From: an uncultured Acidimicrobiales bacterium
GTDB lineage: Bacteria > Actinomycetota > Acidimicrobiia > Acidimicrobiales > CAVXTF01
Reading direction: 5' to 3'
DNA length: 64,000 nt
Assembly (NCBI GenBank): GCA_963801315.1
Contig: CAWDEI010000002.1
Span: forward strand, 17,516-81,515
Part shown: positions 10,769 to 20,643 of the stretch, one piece after another
How the letters are laid out: each line of letters starts with the position of its first letter
Numbering within the stretch: position 1 is the stretch's first letter
Translations under genes and position numbers: made by a program
The notes under the pieces: model-generated
Told to the model about the DNA's origin: nothing
Seen by the model: the letters and a program-made list of their open reading frames with translations, nothing else
Databases searched by the model: none

Positions 10769-11614
10769 TCAAAACCCCTTGAACTCCGGCTTCCGGCGCT
10801 CGGCGAAAGAACGCATCCCTTCGCCGGCATCCGCAGTCCCGATCGTGATCTCCTGGGCCCACGCTTCTTCGTCGAAAGCGGTCCGACGGTCCGATTCGAG
10901 AGACCGGTTGATCATCCATTTCGCCAGCCCCAATGCCTTGGTCGGCCCGGACGCCAGCCGTGCCGCCCACTCGCCTGCGGCCGACTCGAGATCGGCGCGA
11001 GGCACAACGCGGTTGACGAGACCCATCGCGCACGCGTCGGCGGCCGGCAGGTCGTCGCCGAAGAAGATCAGCTCCTTTGCCTTCTGCGGGCCGATGAGGC
11101 GGGCGAGGAGGTAGGCGCCACCACCGTCGGGCGCGATCCCCCTGCGGACGAAGACCTCTATGAACTTGGCGGAGTCCGCGGCGATCACCAGATCACATGC
11201 AAAGGCGAGATGAGCACCGATCCCCGCTGCCGTGCCGTTCACAGCGGCGATCACCGGCTTCTCGCAGTCGAGCACCGCGGAGATCAGGCGCTGCGCACCC
11301 AGCCTGATCATCCGCGAGGCGTCCCCGACGATCCGATCGGGAGCGCCCTCGGGCCGGGGCGGCGCAGGAGCACGGGCCGATCCACGGAGATCCGCGCCGG
11401 TGCAGAAGCCCTCGCCTGTCGCCGTGAGCACCACGGCTCTCGTCGCATGGTCCCGCGACGCCTGCTCGAGCAGGTCGATGACCCGGTCACGTTGGTCCGA
11501 CGTGATGGCATTGCGCACCTCGGGCCGGTTGAGGGTTATCCAGGACACCCCGCCCTCGATCCTGTGCTGAACCTGCTCTTCGAGCGGCGGTGCGGCAGCA
11601 GCGTCGTCGGGCAC
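10769..11614 (-). CDS. enoyl-CoA hydratase/isomerase (crotonase family)
   Basis: Intact 281-aa ORF with ITLNRPEVRNAI, FCTGADL and AAVNGTAAGIGAHLAFACDL (oxyanion-hole segments). Confidence 0.85.
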   Translation of the reverse strand: MPDDAAAAPPLEEQVQHRIEGGVSWITLNRPEVRNAITSDQRDRVIDLLEQASRDHATRAVVLTATGEGFCTGADLRGSARAPAPPRPEGAPDRIVGDASRMIRLGAQRLISAVLDCEKPVIAAVNGTAAGIGAHLAFACDLVIAADSAKFIEVFVRRGIAPDGGGAYLLARLIGPQKAKELIFFGDDLPAADACAMGLVNRVVPRADLESAAGEWAARLASGPTKALGLAKWMINRSLESDRRTAFDEEAWAQEITIGTADAGEGMRSFAERRKPEFKGF

Positions 11615-11714
11615 TTTTCGCCTCCTCAGGACCGAGCCGCCCGGGCGGCGGCGCGAAAGAGTGCTACCTGCTCCGAGTTGGTCACGTCAACGTCGCCGCT
11701 GGTGCCGCGTCAGC

Positions 11715-11754
11715 TTCGTTGCCTCTGGCACCGCGTCAGCTTCGCCGCCGCGAT
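11715..11754. promoter_or_regulatory. pair of 14-bp direct repeats (ccgcgtcagcttcg) in a divergent promoter region
   Basis: Identical 14-mers at 11715-11728 and 11741-11754, between the crotonase start (11614, -) and the CoA-transferase start (11805, +). Each contains a GTCAG half-site. Confidence 0.4.
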
Positions 11755-11804
11755 GAACGAGAGCGTCGTTGCCGGCGCAAGCGTCTCCCACGTAGTGTCC
11801 GCCC

Positions 11805-14192
11805 GTGACCGCAGCGGATCCTGGGACCGAATCGCTCCTCGAAGGCCTCCGGGTGGTCGACCTGGCGGGAGAGCCCGCCGCGATGACGGGCCGCATCCTC
11901 GCTGACCTGGGGGCCACTGTGATCAAGGTCGAGACGGCGGGCGGCGATCCCCTGCGAACGGTCCTCCCGCTCGCACCCGACGGAACGTCGTTGCGGTTCT
12001 CTGTCTGGAACACGGGCGAGACCGCGATCGAAGTGGACGGGCCCGACGATCCGCGCCTGGGCGAGCTTCTCGCGCGGGCCGACGCCGTGATCGACACCCC
12101 GGGGTGGCCGGGTGCGCTCGAGGTCGACCCGGCCAGAGCGCCCGGTGCGGTCTGGGTCTCGGTTACCCCGTTCGGGCTCGACGGCCCGCGATCGACCTGG
12201 ACGGCGTCGGACCTCGGGGTGATGGCGTCGACAGGCAACATGTACTGCACCGGGGACCCCGACAGGCCCCCGGTTCGATGTACCGAGCCCACGGCCTGGG
12301 CCCATGTCGGACCCGAGACCGCGATGGCGCTCTTGACTGCGATCGCTTCGGGAAGGCCTCAGCGCGTCGACGTCTCCGCCCAAGAGGTCGTCATGATCGC
12401 ATCAATGGGTCACCCCGCCCGCTTCCCCCGTACCGGGAACCGGGGCAGACGCTCGGGCGCCAACGTCGGGAACACGCGTGAGATCTGGCCCTGCGCCGAC
12501 GGTTACGTCTCGTTCGGGCTCCGCGGCGGCCGTGCTCGCGTCGCGAACCTCCAGACGATCACCCGGCTCGTCGACGAGGACGGTCTCGCCACGCCCGCGC
12601 TCACCGACCGCGACTGGACGACCTACGACCACACGAAGATGACGCCCGAGCAGCTCGAGGAGATATCTGCACCGATCGCGGCGTACTTCCTGCGCCACAA
12701 CATGGCGGAGCTCTACGAGATCGCGTGCGAGACCAACCTCATGCTCGCGCCCGCCAACTCGCCGCGCGAGCTCGTCGAGAGCAAGCAGCTCGCAGAGCGC
12801 GACTTCTTCTGCACGATCCGGGGGCTGGGCGGCGGCACGGGCAAGATCCCCCGCTCGTTCGTACACGTCACGAGCCCCGGCGACGCGGTCAGCCGGCCGG
12901 GACCGGCCGACGGTGACGAGAGCGCAATCAGTGCAGCAGGGGCGACAGGTCCGGGCAGGGCACGGGTGGCACCGGGCGAGGTAGGGAAGCGGGACCCTTC
13001 ATGGTCGGGCACCACGATCATCGAATTCGGGACTGGAGCCGCGGGCCCGATCGCAGTGCGCTACTTCGCGGAGCACGGGGCGAAGGTGATACGGATCGAG
13101 TCGCGGACACGACCCGATTTCTTGCGGACCTACGGGTCGAACGGGCCGTACGGGCTCGAGGGCTCCGACATGTTCGACTCTCTGAACGTCGGCAAGCTCG
13201 GGGTCACCCTCAACCTGAAGCACCCCGAAGGCAAGGACATCGCGCGCCGGCTCATCGATCTGGCGGACGCCGTCGCGGAGAACTTCGCACCGAGAGCGAT
13301 GCGCGGCTTCGGCCTCGACTACGCATCGCTCGCCGCCGACAAACCGAGCCTCGTGATGGTGAGCTCCTGCCTGCAGGGACAGACCGGCCCGCACCGCGAC
13401 TACCCGGGGTTCGGGGGCCAGGGCTCTGCGCTCGGCGGCTACAACATCTTGACGGGCTGGCCCGACCGCGAGCCGATCGGGCCGTTCGGCACCATCACGG
13501 ACTCGCTCGCTCCCCGCTTCGTCGCGACCGCTCTCGCCGCGGGGCTGCTCTACAACCGCCGCACCGGCAAGGGCGTCTACCTCGACGTGAGCCAGGCCGA
13601 GGCCGCGGTCTACAGCCTGTCGCCGTGGATCGCCGACTACACGGTGAACGGGCGCATCGGGACCCGCCAGGGCAACCGCTCGCAACGCTTCAGCCCGCAC
13701 GGAGTGTTCCCGTGCAAAGGGGACGACCGCTTCGTCGCGATCGCATGTCTCGACGACGAAGACTGGGTGAAACTGGCCGGTGTGCTCGGGATCGACGCGC
13801 GCGAGACCAGCCGGCTCGGCTCACTCGAATCGCGCGAACAGGAGCGCGAAGCGATCGAACAGACCATCGTGCGATAGACCTCGCAACGCGACGCGAGCGA
13901 CGTCGCAGAGACGCTCCAGGCATTGGGCGTGGAGGCGGTGCCCGTCGCCGACCTGGCCGACGCGTTCGAGGATCCGCAGCTCCGTCACCGCGGGCACTTC
14001 GTCGCGCTCGAGCATCCGCTCATGGGCGAGTGCTTCTACGAGCGCAACGGATTCAGGCTCTCCCAGGCGGATGCGGGCTACGACCGGACGAGCCCCTTGT
14101 TGGGGGAGCACAACGAGATGGTGCTCGGCGAGCTTCTCGGGATGTCGAGCGCGGAGATGGAACGGCTACGCGAAGAGGGCGTTCTCGAGTAG
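11805..14192 (+). pseudogene. tandem (double-domain) family III CoA-transferase (CaiB/BaiF-like) with in-frame TAG
   Basis: ORF 11805..13877 holds two CoA-transferase III modules (LEGLRVVDLAGEPAAMTGRILADLGA... and IIEFGTGAAGPIAVRYFAEHGA...). ORF 13923..14192 continues the second module in the same frame (VPVADLADAFEDPQLRHRGHF...). They are separated only by TAG at 13875-13877. Confidence 0.75.
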
Positions 14193-15227
14193 GCCTGCCA
14201 TCCCACCGATGTTCCGGAGCAGGTCGTTCAGGTGGGTACAGGAAGCCACACCGAAAAGAGCGACAGGTACGACTGCCGGCAGGTCCGCGAGCAGCGTTCC
14301 GCTGAGCGCATGGACCTCCGACGCGGCCGCAGGGCACTCCGTGAAAGGCAGGACCTTCGGGTCCGCCTCCACCGAGACGAGCGCCATCCCGCCGTCCGCC
14401 CTCTCGAGACGCCCGGTGAGCGCATACTCGTGTAGCACCAGCTCCGAACCGTCGGGCTCGCCGACCGTGTCGCGGAACATCGCCCACAGGGACGCGCCGC
14501 CATCCTCGTCGTCGAACGCGACGTCGACCAGCCGGCGCCGGCGCATGCAGTTCGCACCGAGCGGCGGGATCGCATGCCACGAACGCGGGTGGCCGCCAGT
14601 CAGGTCGGGAGCCTCGGGGCAGTCCTGGAACGGCACGCCCTTTCCCGCCGCGATGCTCTCCACCGCCACTCCGCCGGCGCGCCATCCGGAGCACATGTCG
14701 GTCATCCGCCCGAGCACGCCCGGAGGCGTGAGGTCGCCTGGATTGACGGCGAGGCGGCGCGCCAGACGGAGCGACGCGTAGCCCGAGATGAGTGCTGCCG
14801 CTGGCAGGTCTTCCATGAGCTGGCGCACGATGGTGGCGCCCGAACCGGGCGCGATCTCGGCGAGCTTCCGGCGGAAGCCGCCGCCTGCGCGCTCGCCCAC
14901 CATCGCGTCGGCCCACGACGTCACCGGGTCGGTCTCGAGATGGTCGAGGACTCGTTTGCGGTCGAATCGGGCGCTCACGCTTCCCGTGGCGAGAGTCTCG
15001 AATCCCCCATTGGCCCGCGAACGCCCGCGCACGTCGCGCGCCGCCCCGTCTATCTGGAGCTCTCCGCCGCCGAACCATTCGTTGGCCGGTCCGACGTCGA
15101 CATGCATGGTGCGCCGGAGCGTGGACACAGTGAGCGCAGGAACCGCCCGGAGAGGGTCGCGTACCCCAAAGATCCCCTGATCGTCAGCCGGTTCTCCGGT
15201 GATCGGACTGCCCGCGTCGTGTGCCAC
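14166..15227 (-). CDS. conserved hypothetical protein (possibly DUF2889-like)
   Basis: ORF 14166..15395. The upstream gene ends at 15257, so an in-frame GTG at about 15227 is the likely start. No catalytic motif recognised. The family assignment is from memory only. Confidence 0.45.
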   Translation of the reverse strand: MAHDAGSPITGEPADDQGIFGVRDPLRAVPALTVSTLRRTMHVDVGPANEWFGGGELQIDGAARDVRGRSRANGGFETLATGSVSARFDRKRVLDHLETDPVTSWADAMVGERAGGGFRRKLAEIAPGSGATIVRQLMEDLPAAALISGYASLRLARRLAVNPGDLTPPGVLGRMTDMCSGWRAGGVAVESIAAGKGVPFQDCPEAPDLTGGHPRSWHAIPPLGANCMRRRRLVDVAFDDEDGGASLWAMFRDTVGEPDGSELVLHEYALTGRLERADGGMALVSVEADPKVLPFTECPAAASEVHALSGTLLADLPAVVPVALFGVASCTHLNDLLRNIGGMAGLLENALFA

Positions 15228-15256
15228 AGGCTCGACGCTACCGGTGCGACGGCCGG

Positions 15257-16150
15257 TCAACCTCCCTGCAGGTACGTAAAGAGCATCATCTGCGTGGCAT
15301 AGGCGACGAGGTTGCCCTCCTCGTCCCAGATCGTCGACTCCCCAGACGCCCACCCGTCGTCGGCCCAGCGAGCCTTGTCGTGAGCGAGGAGCCAAGTGGT
15401 GCGGGCGGGCTCGAACTGGTGGAACGTAAGGTCGGCGCTCGGGGAGAACCAGGGCTCACCCTGACGACCGATCCGCTCGCCAACCGAGCCCGGCATCCGG
15501 TCCGCGAGAGTCAGCACCCCGAGAGGGTCGAGAGCTCCGTCGTCGTCGCGTGGAGGGTCGTCGAAGCGAACCCAGCTCGCCACCTCCGAGCTGACCGGTT
15601 CGTAGTCCTCCCAGGGCGCGTGCCCGAGAGCCGAACGGGCCTCGATGCGATTCCAGAACGGCCGGGGCGGAAACGGCTCCACCCCCGCCGGCGGCGGGTC
15701 GCGGTACGAGCGGCATTCGGAAGGCGGCGGGACCACGGGGGGCGTCAGGTCGACGAACGACGGTCCGCGCCGTGACGACCCGAACACGGCGACGGTGGTC
15801 GTACCGGATGCCTCGCCGGCGTTGCGGACCGTCGCGAGCACCTGCGTGGCGGAGCGTCCGCGGCGGAGCACCGAGACGTCCACCTCGAGCTCGCCGGCGG
15901 CCACCTGCCCGGCGAACACCGCAGTGCAGGTCCGCAGCTTCTGGGCCGGGTCTTCCACCTCCGCGCCTGACGCTCGCAGCGCGAACGAAGCCACGACTCC
16001 GCCCTGCGGCAGGGGCGCCAGGTCCCAGCTGTGGTCGAGGGTGGCTCTGTAACGACCGGGTCCCGACTTCTCGACGACGATGTCCTCGGCGAAGATCCCG
16101 CTCACCGTGCGAGAGGTTGTTCGCTCGCAGGCCGGGAGGTCAAACTCCAC
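15257..16150 (-). CDS. acyl-CoA thioesterase II (TesB-like double hotdog)
   Basis: Intact 297-aa ORF. The length and two-hotdog organisation (...GGVVASFALRA... / ...LADRMPGSV...SADLTFHQF...) are typical of TesB-type thioesterases. Confidence 0.65.
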   Translation of the reverse strand: MEFDLPACERTTSRTVSGIFAEDIVVEKSGPGRYRATLDHSWDLAPLPQGGVVASFALRASGAEVEDPAQKLRTCTAVFAGQVAAGELEVDVSVLRRGRSATQVLATVRNAGEASGTTTVAVFGSSRRGPSFVDLTPPVVPPPSECRSYRDPPPAGVEPFPPRPFWNRIEARSALGHAPWEDYEPVSSEVASWVRFDDPPRDDDGALDPLGVLTLADRMPGSVGERIGRQGEPWFSPSADLTFHQFEPARTTWLLAHDKARWADDGWASGESTIWDEEGNLVAYATQMMLFTYLQGG

Positions 16151-16278
16151 GATCGGGTACCGTCATGCGTCACTGCAACGGCCGGGACGGCCGACGAGAG
16201 ATCGCGGCCGGGACGGCCGGCCGAGAGCCCGGCCGCGGCAGCCGCAGAGATCGAACGCAAGAGCAAGGGGGAATCGGG

Positions 16279-17663
16279 ATGGGCCGGAAGGTAGCGATCG
16301 TCGGGGCAGCCCTGTCGGACTGCGGCCGCGTCGACGACAAGACGGCCTACCAGCTCCACCACCAGGCGACCACGAGGGCTCTCGCCGACGCGGGCATCTC
16401 GCGTGACGAGGTCGACGGCTTCATGTCCCACGGGACCGGGAACCTGCCGCCCATCGAGCTCGCCGAGTACCTGGGGCTCGCATCCCACGTCGAGTACATC
16501 GACTCGACCGGGGTCGGGCGGGTCGTGCTGGGAGATCTTCCTCGAGCACGCCGTCGCCGCCATCTCGCAGGGGCAGGTCGAGACCGTCGTCCTCTCCTAC
16601 GGCTCGACCTCGCGAGCGGACCTGAAGCGCCGGACGAGAAGCGCCAACCTCTACTTCGGAAACCGCGGTCCCGCTCAATTCGACGCTCCGTTCGGCCACA
16701 CCCTGATCGCGAAGCACGCGATGTCGGCGCGCCGGCACATGTACGAGTTCGGCACGACGATCGAACAGCTCGCCGAGATCGCCGTCTCCGCCAGGTACAA
16801 CGCCGGGCTCAACCCACTCGCCTACTACAGGGACCCGATCACCATCGAAGACGTCCAGTCGCTCGAGCATGATCGCCGACCCGTTCACCAAGCTCCACTG
16901 CTGCATCCGGTCCGACGGCGGCGGAGCGATAGTCCTCACGAGCGAGGAGCGCGCGCGCGACTGCGCCAGCACGCCGGTGTGGGTGCTCGGAGCGGGAGAG
17001 GCCATCTCGCACACCACGATGAGCGAATGGCCGGACTTCACCGAGTCGCCGTGCGTCAGGTCGGGCAAGAAGGCCTTCGGCCAGGCGGGCGTCAGCCCAG
17101 AGGACATCGACGTCGTCGAGGTCTACGACTCGTTCACCTTGACCGTGCTCCTCACGTTGGAAGGGCTCGGCTTCTGCAAGAAGGGCGAGGGCGGGCCCTT
17201 CGTCGAGGGTGGGACGCTTCGTGTCGGCGGCGCCCTCCCCACCAACACCGACGGCGGCGGGCTCAGCTCGTGCCAGCCGGGGATGAGGGGCATCTTCCTG
17301 CTCGTCGAGGCCACCAAACAGCTGCGCGGCGAATGCGGTGACCGCCAGGTCGACGACGCCCGCCTCGCCTGCGTCAACGCGACGGGCGGTTGGATCTCGT
17401 CGACCGGGACTGTGATCCTCGGCGCGTTACGCAGCGCGGCCGCGCCTTCGGCGCCTGACCCGGTCGAGCCGGCGGCCGGCCGCCGGGAAGGCGAGAGCCT
17501 TGGTCTCGAGGTACTCCTCGAATCCCTGACGTCCGTTCTCTCGACCCACGCCGCTCTGCCTGTAACCGCCGAACGGCACGTCGGGAGCGTTCCAGAATCC
17601 CCCGTTCACCATCACGGTGCCCGCGCGCAGGCGCCGGGCCACCGAGTCGGCGTGGTCGAGTGA
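16279..17663 (+). pseudogene. thiolase-like / SCP-x-type (lipid-transfer-protein-like) thiolase, frameshifted
   Basis: MGRKVAIVGAALSDCGRVDD...IDSTGVG is in ORF 15772..16872. GGSCWEIFLEHAVAAISQG...ITIEDVQS is in ORF 16403..17341. MIADPFTKLHCCIRSDGGGAIVL...NTDGGGLS...ATGGW is in ORF 16869..17663. Shifts are at about 16520 and 16862. The family sequence ends near 17430, so the last ~230 nt overlapping the convergent ALDH look like read-through after loss of the native stop. Confidence 0.7.
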
Positions 17664-19032
17664 GCCCCCGGTGACAACGGCCGACAGGCCGTACATGGTC
17701 CCGTTGGCGATCCTCACCGCCTCGTCGTCGCCTTCGTAAGGGATGACACACAGCACCGGGCCGAAGATCTCCTCCTGCGCGATGGTGCTCGCCGGATCGA
17801 CGTCCGCGAAGAGCGTGGGCTCGACGAAGAACCCCTTGGGGAGATGGGCCGGCCTGCCACCGCCCCGAACGAGCCTCGCTCCTTCGGAGCGCCCGCTCGC
17901 GATGTAGCCGAGCACCCGTTCGCGCTGGCGGCCGTTTATGAGCGGGCCCTGCAGGTTGGCCGGGTCCCAGGGGTCGCCGTAGGTGACGCTCCCCATCATC
18001 TGATCCGTCATCGCGAGCCATTCGTCGTAGCGGGAACGCGGCAGCAACAGGCGAGTCGCTATCGCACATCCCTGCCCGGAGTGCGTGCAGACCCCCACCG
18101 CGCTTATCCCGATCGCACCGCCCGGGTCCTCCACGTCGTCGAGGACGATGTTGGCGGACTTGCCGCCGAGCTCGAGGAACACCTTCTTCACCGTTCCCGA
18201 TGCGCTCGCCATTATCCGCCGGCCCGTGACCGTCGAACCCGTGAAGGTGATCATGTCGACCCTCGGGTCTGCGGTCAGCACCTCACCGACCAGGTGGTCC
18301 GACGAACAGCACGATGTTCACGACGCCGGCCGGTATGTCGGTCTCCTCGGCGATGATCCGGCCGAGCACCGTCGCCGACCACGGGGTGTCGGGTGCGGGC
18401 TTCAACACCACCGTGTTCCCCGCTGCGAGCGCGGGCCCGAGCTTGGCGAGGTTCAAGTTGAGCGGGAAGTTCCAAGGCGTGATCGCTCCCACGACCCCCA
18501 CCGCCTCGCGCACGACGACGCGGCGCTGGGCCTGCCCGAACACGTCGCGGTCCGGGAGCGTCTCTTCGTACTCGTAGCGCTCCGGCTTGTCGATCCAGTA
18601 GGCGAGGTCCTCTATGGGCAGGTCGACCTGGTTCATGTAGGTGAGCGAGATCGGCGAGCCGACCTCGGCGACGGTGACCTGCCGCAGCTCCTCTACGTGC
18701 TTGGCGAGGCCGGCATGCAGCTGCGCCAGGCACTTCGACCGGAACGCCCTGTTCGTCGACCAGTCGGTGTCGTCGAACGCCTTGCGAGCTGCCTCGATGG
18801 CGAGCTCCATGTCCTCGCCCGTCGCGTCCGCCGTCACGCCGAGGACCTCCTCGGTGGAGGGGTCGATGTTCTCGAACGTGCCTCCAGATCGCGAATCGGT
18901 CAGCTTGCCGCCGACCAGGAGCCGGGGCTCCCCGCCGACCTGCGGGTGACTCACTGGTGGAACGCTCAACGGCGGCTGGGAGTCGGTCCCGTCGGTGCCG
19001 TCACTCACTTGACCTCCCGGGCATATCGTCAT
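17427..19032 (-). pseudogene. NAD(P)-dependent aldehyde dehydrogenase, frameshifted
   Basis: The N-terminal half is ORF 18283..19032 (...ITPWNFPLNLNLAKLGPALAAGNTVVLKPA...IPAGVVNIV). The C-terminal half is ORF 17427..18281 (...ITFTGSTVTGRRI...LELGGKSANIV...GQGCIATRLL...EEIFGPV). The junction is at about 18310. Confidence 0.8.
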
Positions 19033-19093
19033 ATGGCGCGCCGGAGCCGGCTGCCTCGGCCGGCCATCCTAAGTGCGTGTCCGGCCCCTCTGC

Positions 19094-19109
19094 CTGACAC
19101 GGGTGTCAG
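19094..19109. promoter_or_regulatory. palindromic operator-like site CTGACACGGGTGTCAG, followed by a TATAAG -10-like hexamer
   Basis: Exact CTGAC-N6-GTCAG, with arms extending to cctgacac/gtgtcagg. It lies between the divergent ALDH (19032, -) and amidohydrolase (19158, +) genes. Confidence 0.5.
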
Positions 19110-19157
19110 GTATAAGATCGCCGCTGATCGTGGGCCATTTGGTCGAAGGAGGAGACG

Positions 19158-20435
19158 ATGCGAGCTGAGGACATGATCCTCGTGAGCGTCGACGACCATG
19201 TCGTCGAGCCCCCCGACCTGTTCGAGGGGCGGGTGCCCGCAAAGTGGGCTGACCAGGCCCCGAAGGTCGTCCATAGAGACGACGGGACCGACTACTGGGT
19301 CTACGAGGGCAACCAGATCCCCAACATCGGCCTGAACGCGGTCGCCGGCCGCCCGCCCGAGGAGTACGGGATCGAGCCGACCTCGTACTCAGAGATGCGC
19401 ACGGGTTGCTACGACATCCACGAGCGCGTGCGGGACATGAACGTGAACGGCGTGCTCGGTTCGATGTGCTTTCCTTCCTTCCCGCAGTTCTGCGGTCAGC
19501 TGTGGGCGAGGACCGAGGACAAAGAGCTCGGCCTCGCCATGCTGCAGGCGTACAACGACTGGCACATCGAGACGTGGTGCGGCACCTATCCGGGACGCTT
19601 CATCCCGCTGTGCCTACCCCCGCTCTGGGATCCCGAGCTGATGGCGGCCGAGGTCCGGCGCGTCGCCGCAAAGGGCTGCCACGCCATCACCTTCTCGGAG
19701 AACCCGTCGAAGCTCGGGTACGCGAGCTTCCACGACAAGCACTGGTATCCCTTCTTCAAGGCGTGCGAGGACGAGGGAACGGTCATCTGCCTGCACATCG
19801 GGTCGTCGTCCCAGCTCATGATCACCGCTCCCGACGCCCCGATAGACGTCCTCATAACCCTGTCACCCATGAACATCGTCCAGGCGGCCGCCGACCTCAT
19901 CTGGTCCCCGGTGCTCCGGGACTTCCCGACGCTCAGGTTCGCCCTCTCCGAGGGCGGCATCGGGTGGGTGCCCTACTTCTTGGAGCGCGTCGACTACGTC
20001 TACCAGCACCACAAGGCTTGGACCGGCCAGGACTTCGGCGACAAGTTGCCGAGCCAGGTCTTCTTGGAGCGCACGGTGCTCTGCTTCATAGACGACGCCT
20101 TCGGGGTCGAGAGCCGGCATCACATGAACATCGACAACATCACCTGGGAGTGCGACTACCCGCACTCGGACTCGACGTGGCCCACGGCGCCCGAGCTCGC
20201 GATGAAGTACCTCCACGACGTGCCCGATGCGGAGATCAACAAGATCACCCACGAGAACGCCATGCGCATATTCAGCTACGACCCGTTCGCTCACCGCCCG
20301 CGCGAGAAGTGCACGGTGGACGCGCTGCGCCTCGAGGCAGCGGACGTGGACACAAGCCTCCGCTCCGGAGGAAAACGTCGCACGTCGGCGACCAAGTCGA
20401 CAGACCTGGGCACGATCGCAGGCGTCAGGAACTGA
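19158..20435 (+). CDS. amidohydrolase-2 family metal-dependent hydrolase
   Basis: Intact 425-aa ORF with VSVDDHVVEPPDLF, GWVPYFLERVDYVY and WECDYPHSDSTWP. GGAGGAG RBS at about 19148-19154. Confidence 0.8.
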   Translation: MRAEDMILVSVDDHVVEPPDLFEGRVPAKWADQAPKVVHRDDGTDYWVYEGNQIPNIGLNAVAGRPPEEYGIEPTSYSEMRTGCYDIHERVRDMNVNGVLGSMCFPSFPQFCGQLWARTEDKELGLAMLQAYNDWHIETWCGTYPGRFIPLCLPPLWDPELMAAEVRRVAAKGCHAITFSENPSKLGYASFHDKHWYPFFKACEDEGTVICLHIGSSSQLMITAPDAPIDVLITLSPMNIVQAAADLIWSPVLRDFPTLRFALSEGGIGWVPYFLERVDYVYQHHKAWTGQDFGDKLPSQVFLERTVLCFIDDAFGVESRHHMNIDNITWECDYPHSDSTWPTAPELAMKYLHDVPDAEINKITHENAMRIFSYDPFAHRPREKCTVDALRLEAADVDTSLRSGGKRRTSATKSTDLGTIAGVRN

Positions 20436-20643
20436 CAGTGCCGGTCGACGGTCCCGGCGACGCTGGACCGCCACCGGTCCCGGTACCGACACCGACTGCG
20501 GCTCACAAGAAGCGGCCGGCGTGCATGGAGTGCCTGTCGGCCGTTCGCGTGGCGACGTGCCGACGATACGAGTCGGGCATGCCGTGAACGCCGGCGCAGT
20601 GGGCATCGGCCATGACCTCCAGGAGGAAGGCAAGTGACGGATC

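Noticed and set aside
13875-13877. TAG as a programmed recoding signal (pyrrolysine or read-through).
   Set aside because: No pyl genes or recoding context are visible. The position aligns with a conserved Trp (TGG), and the surrounding block is full of other inactivating lesions. A nonsense mutation is the parsimonious explanation.
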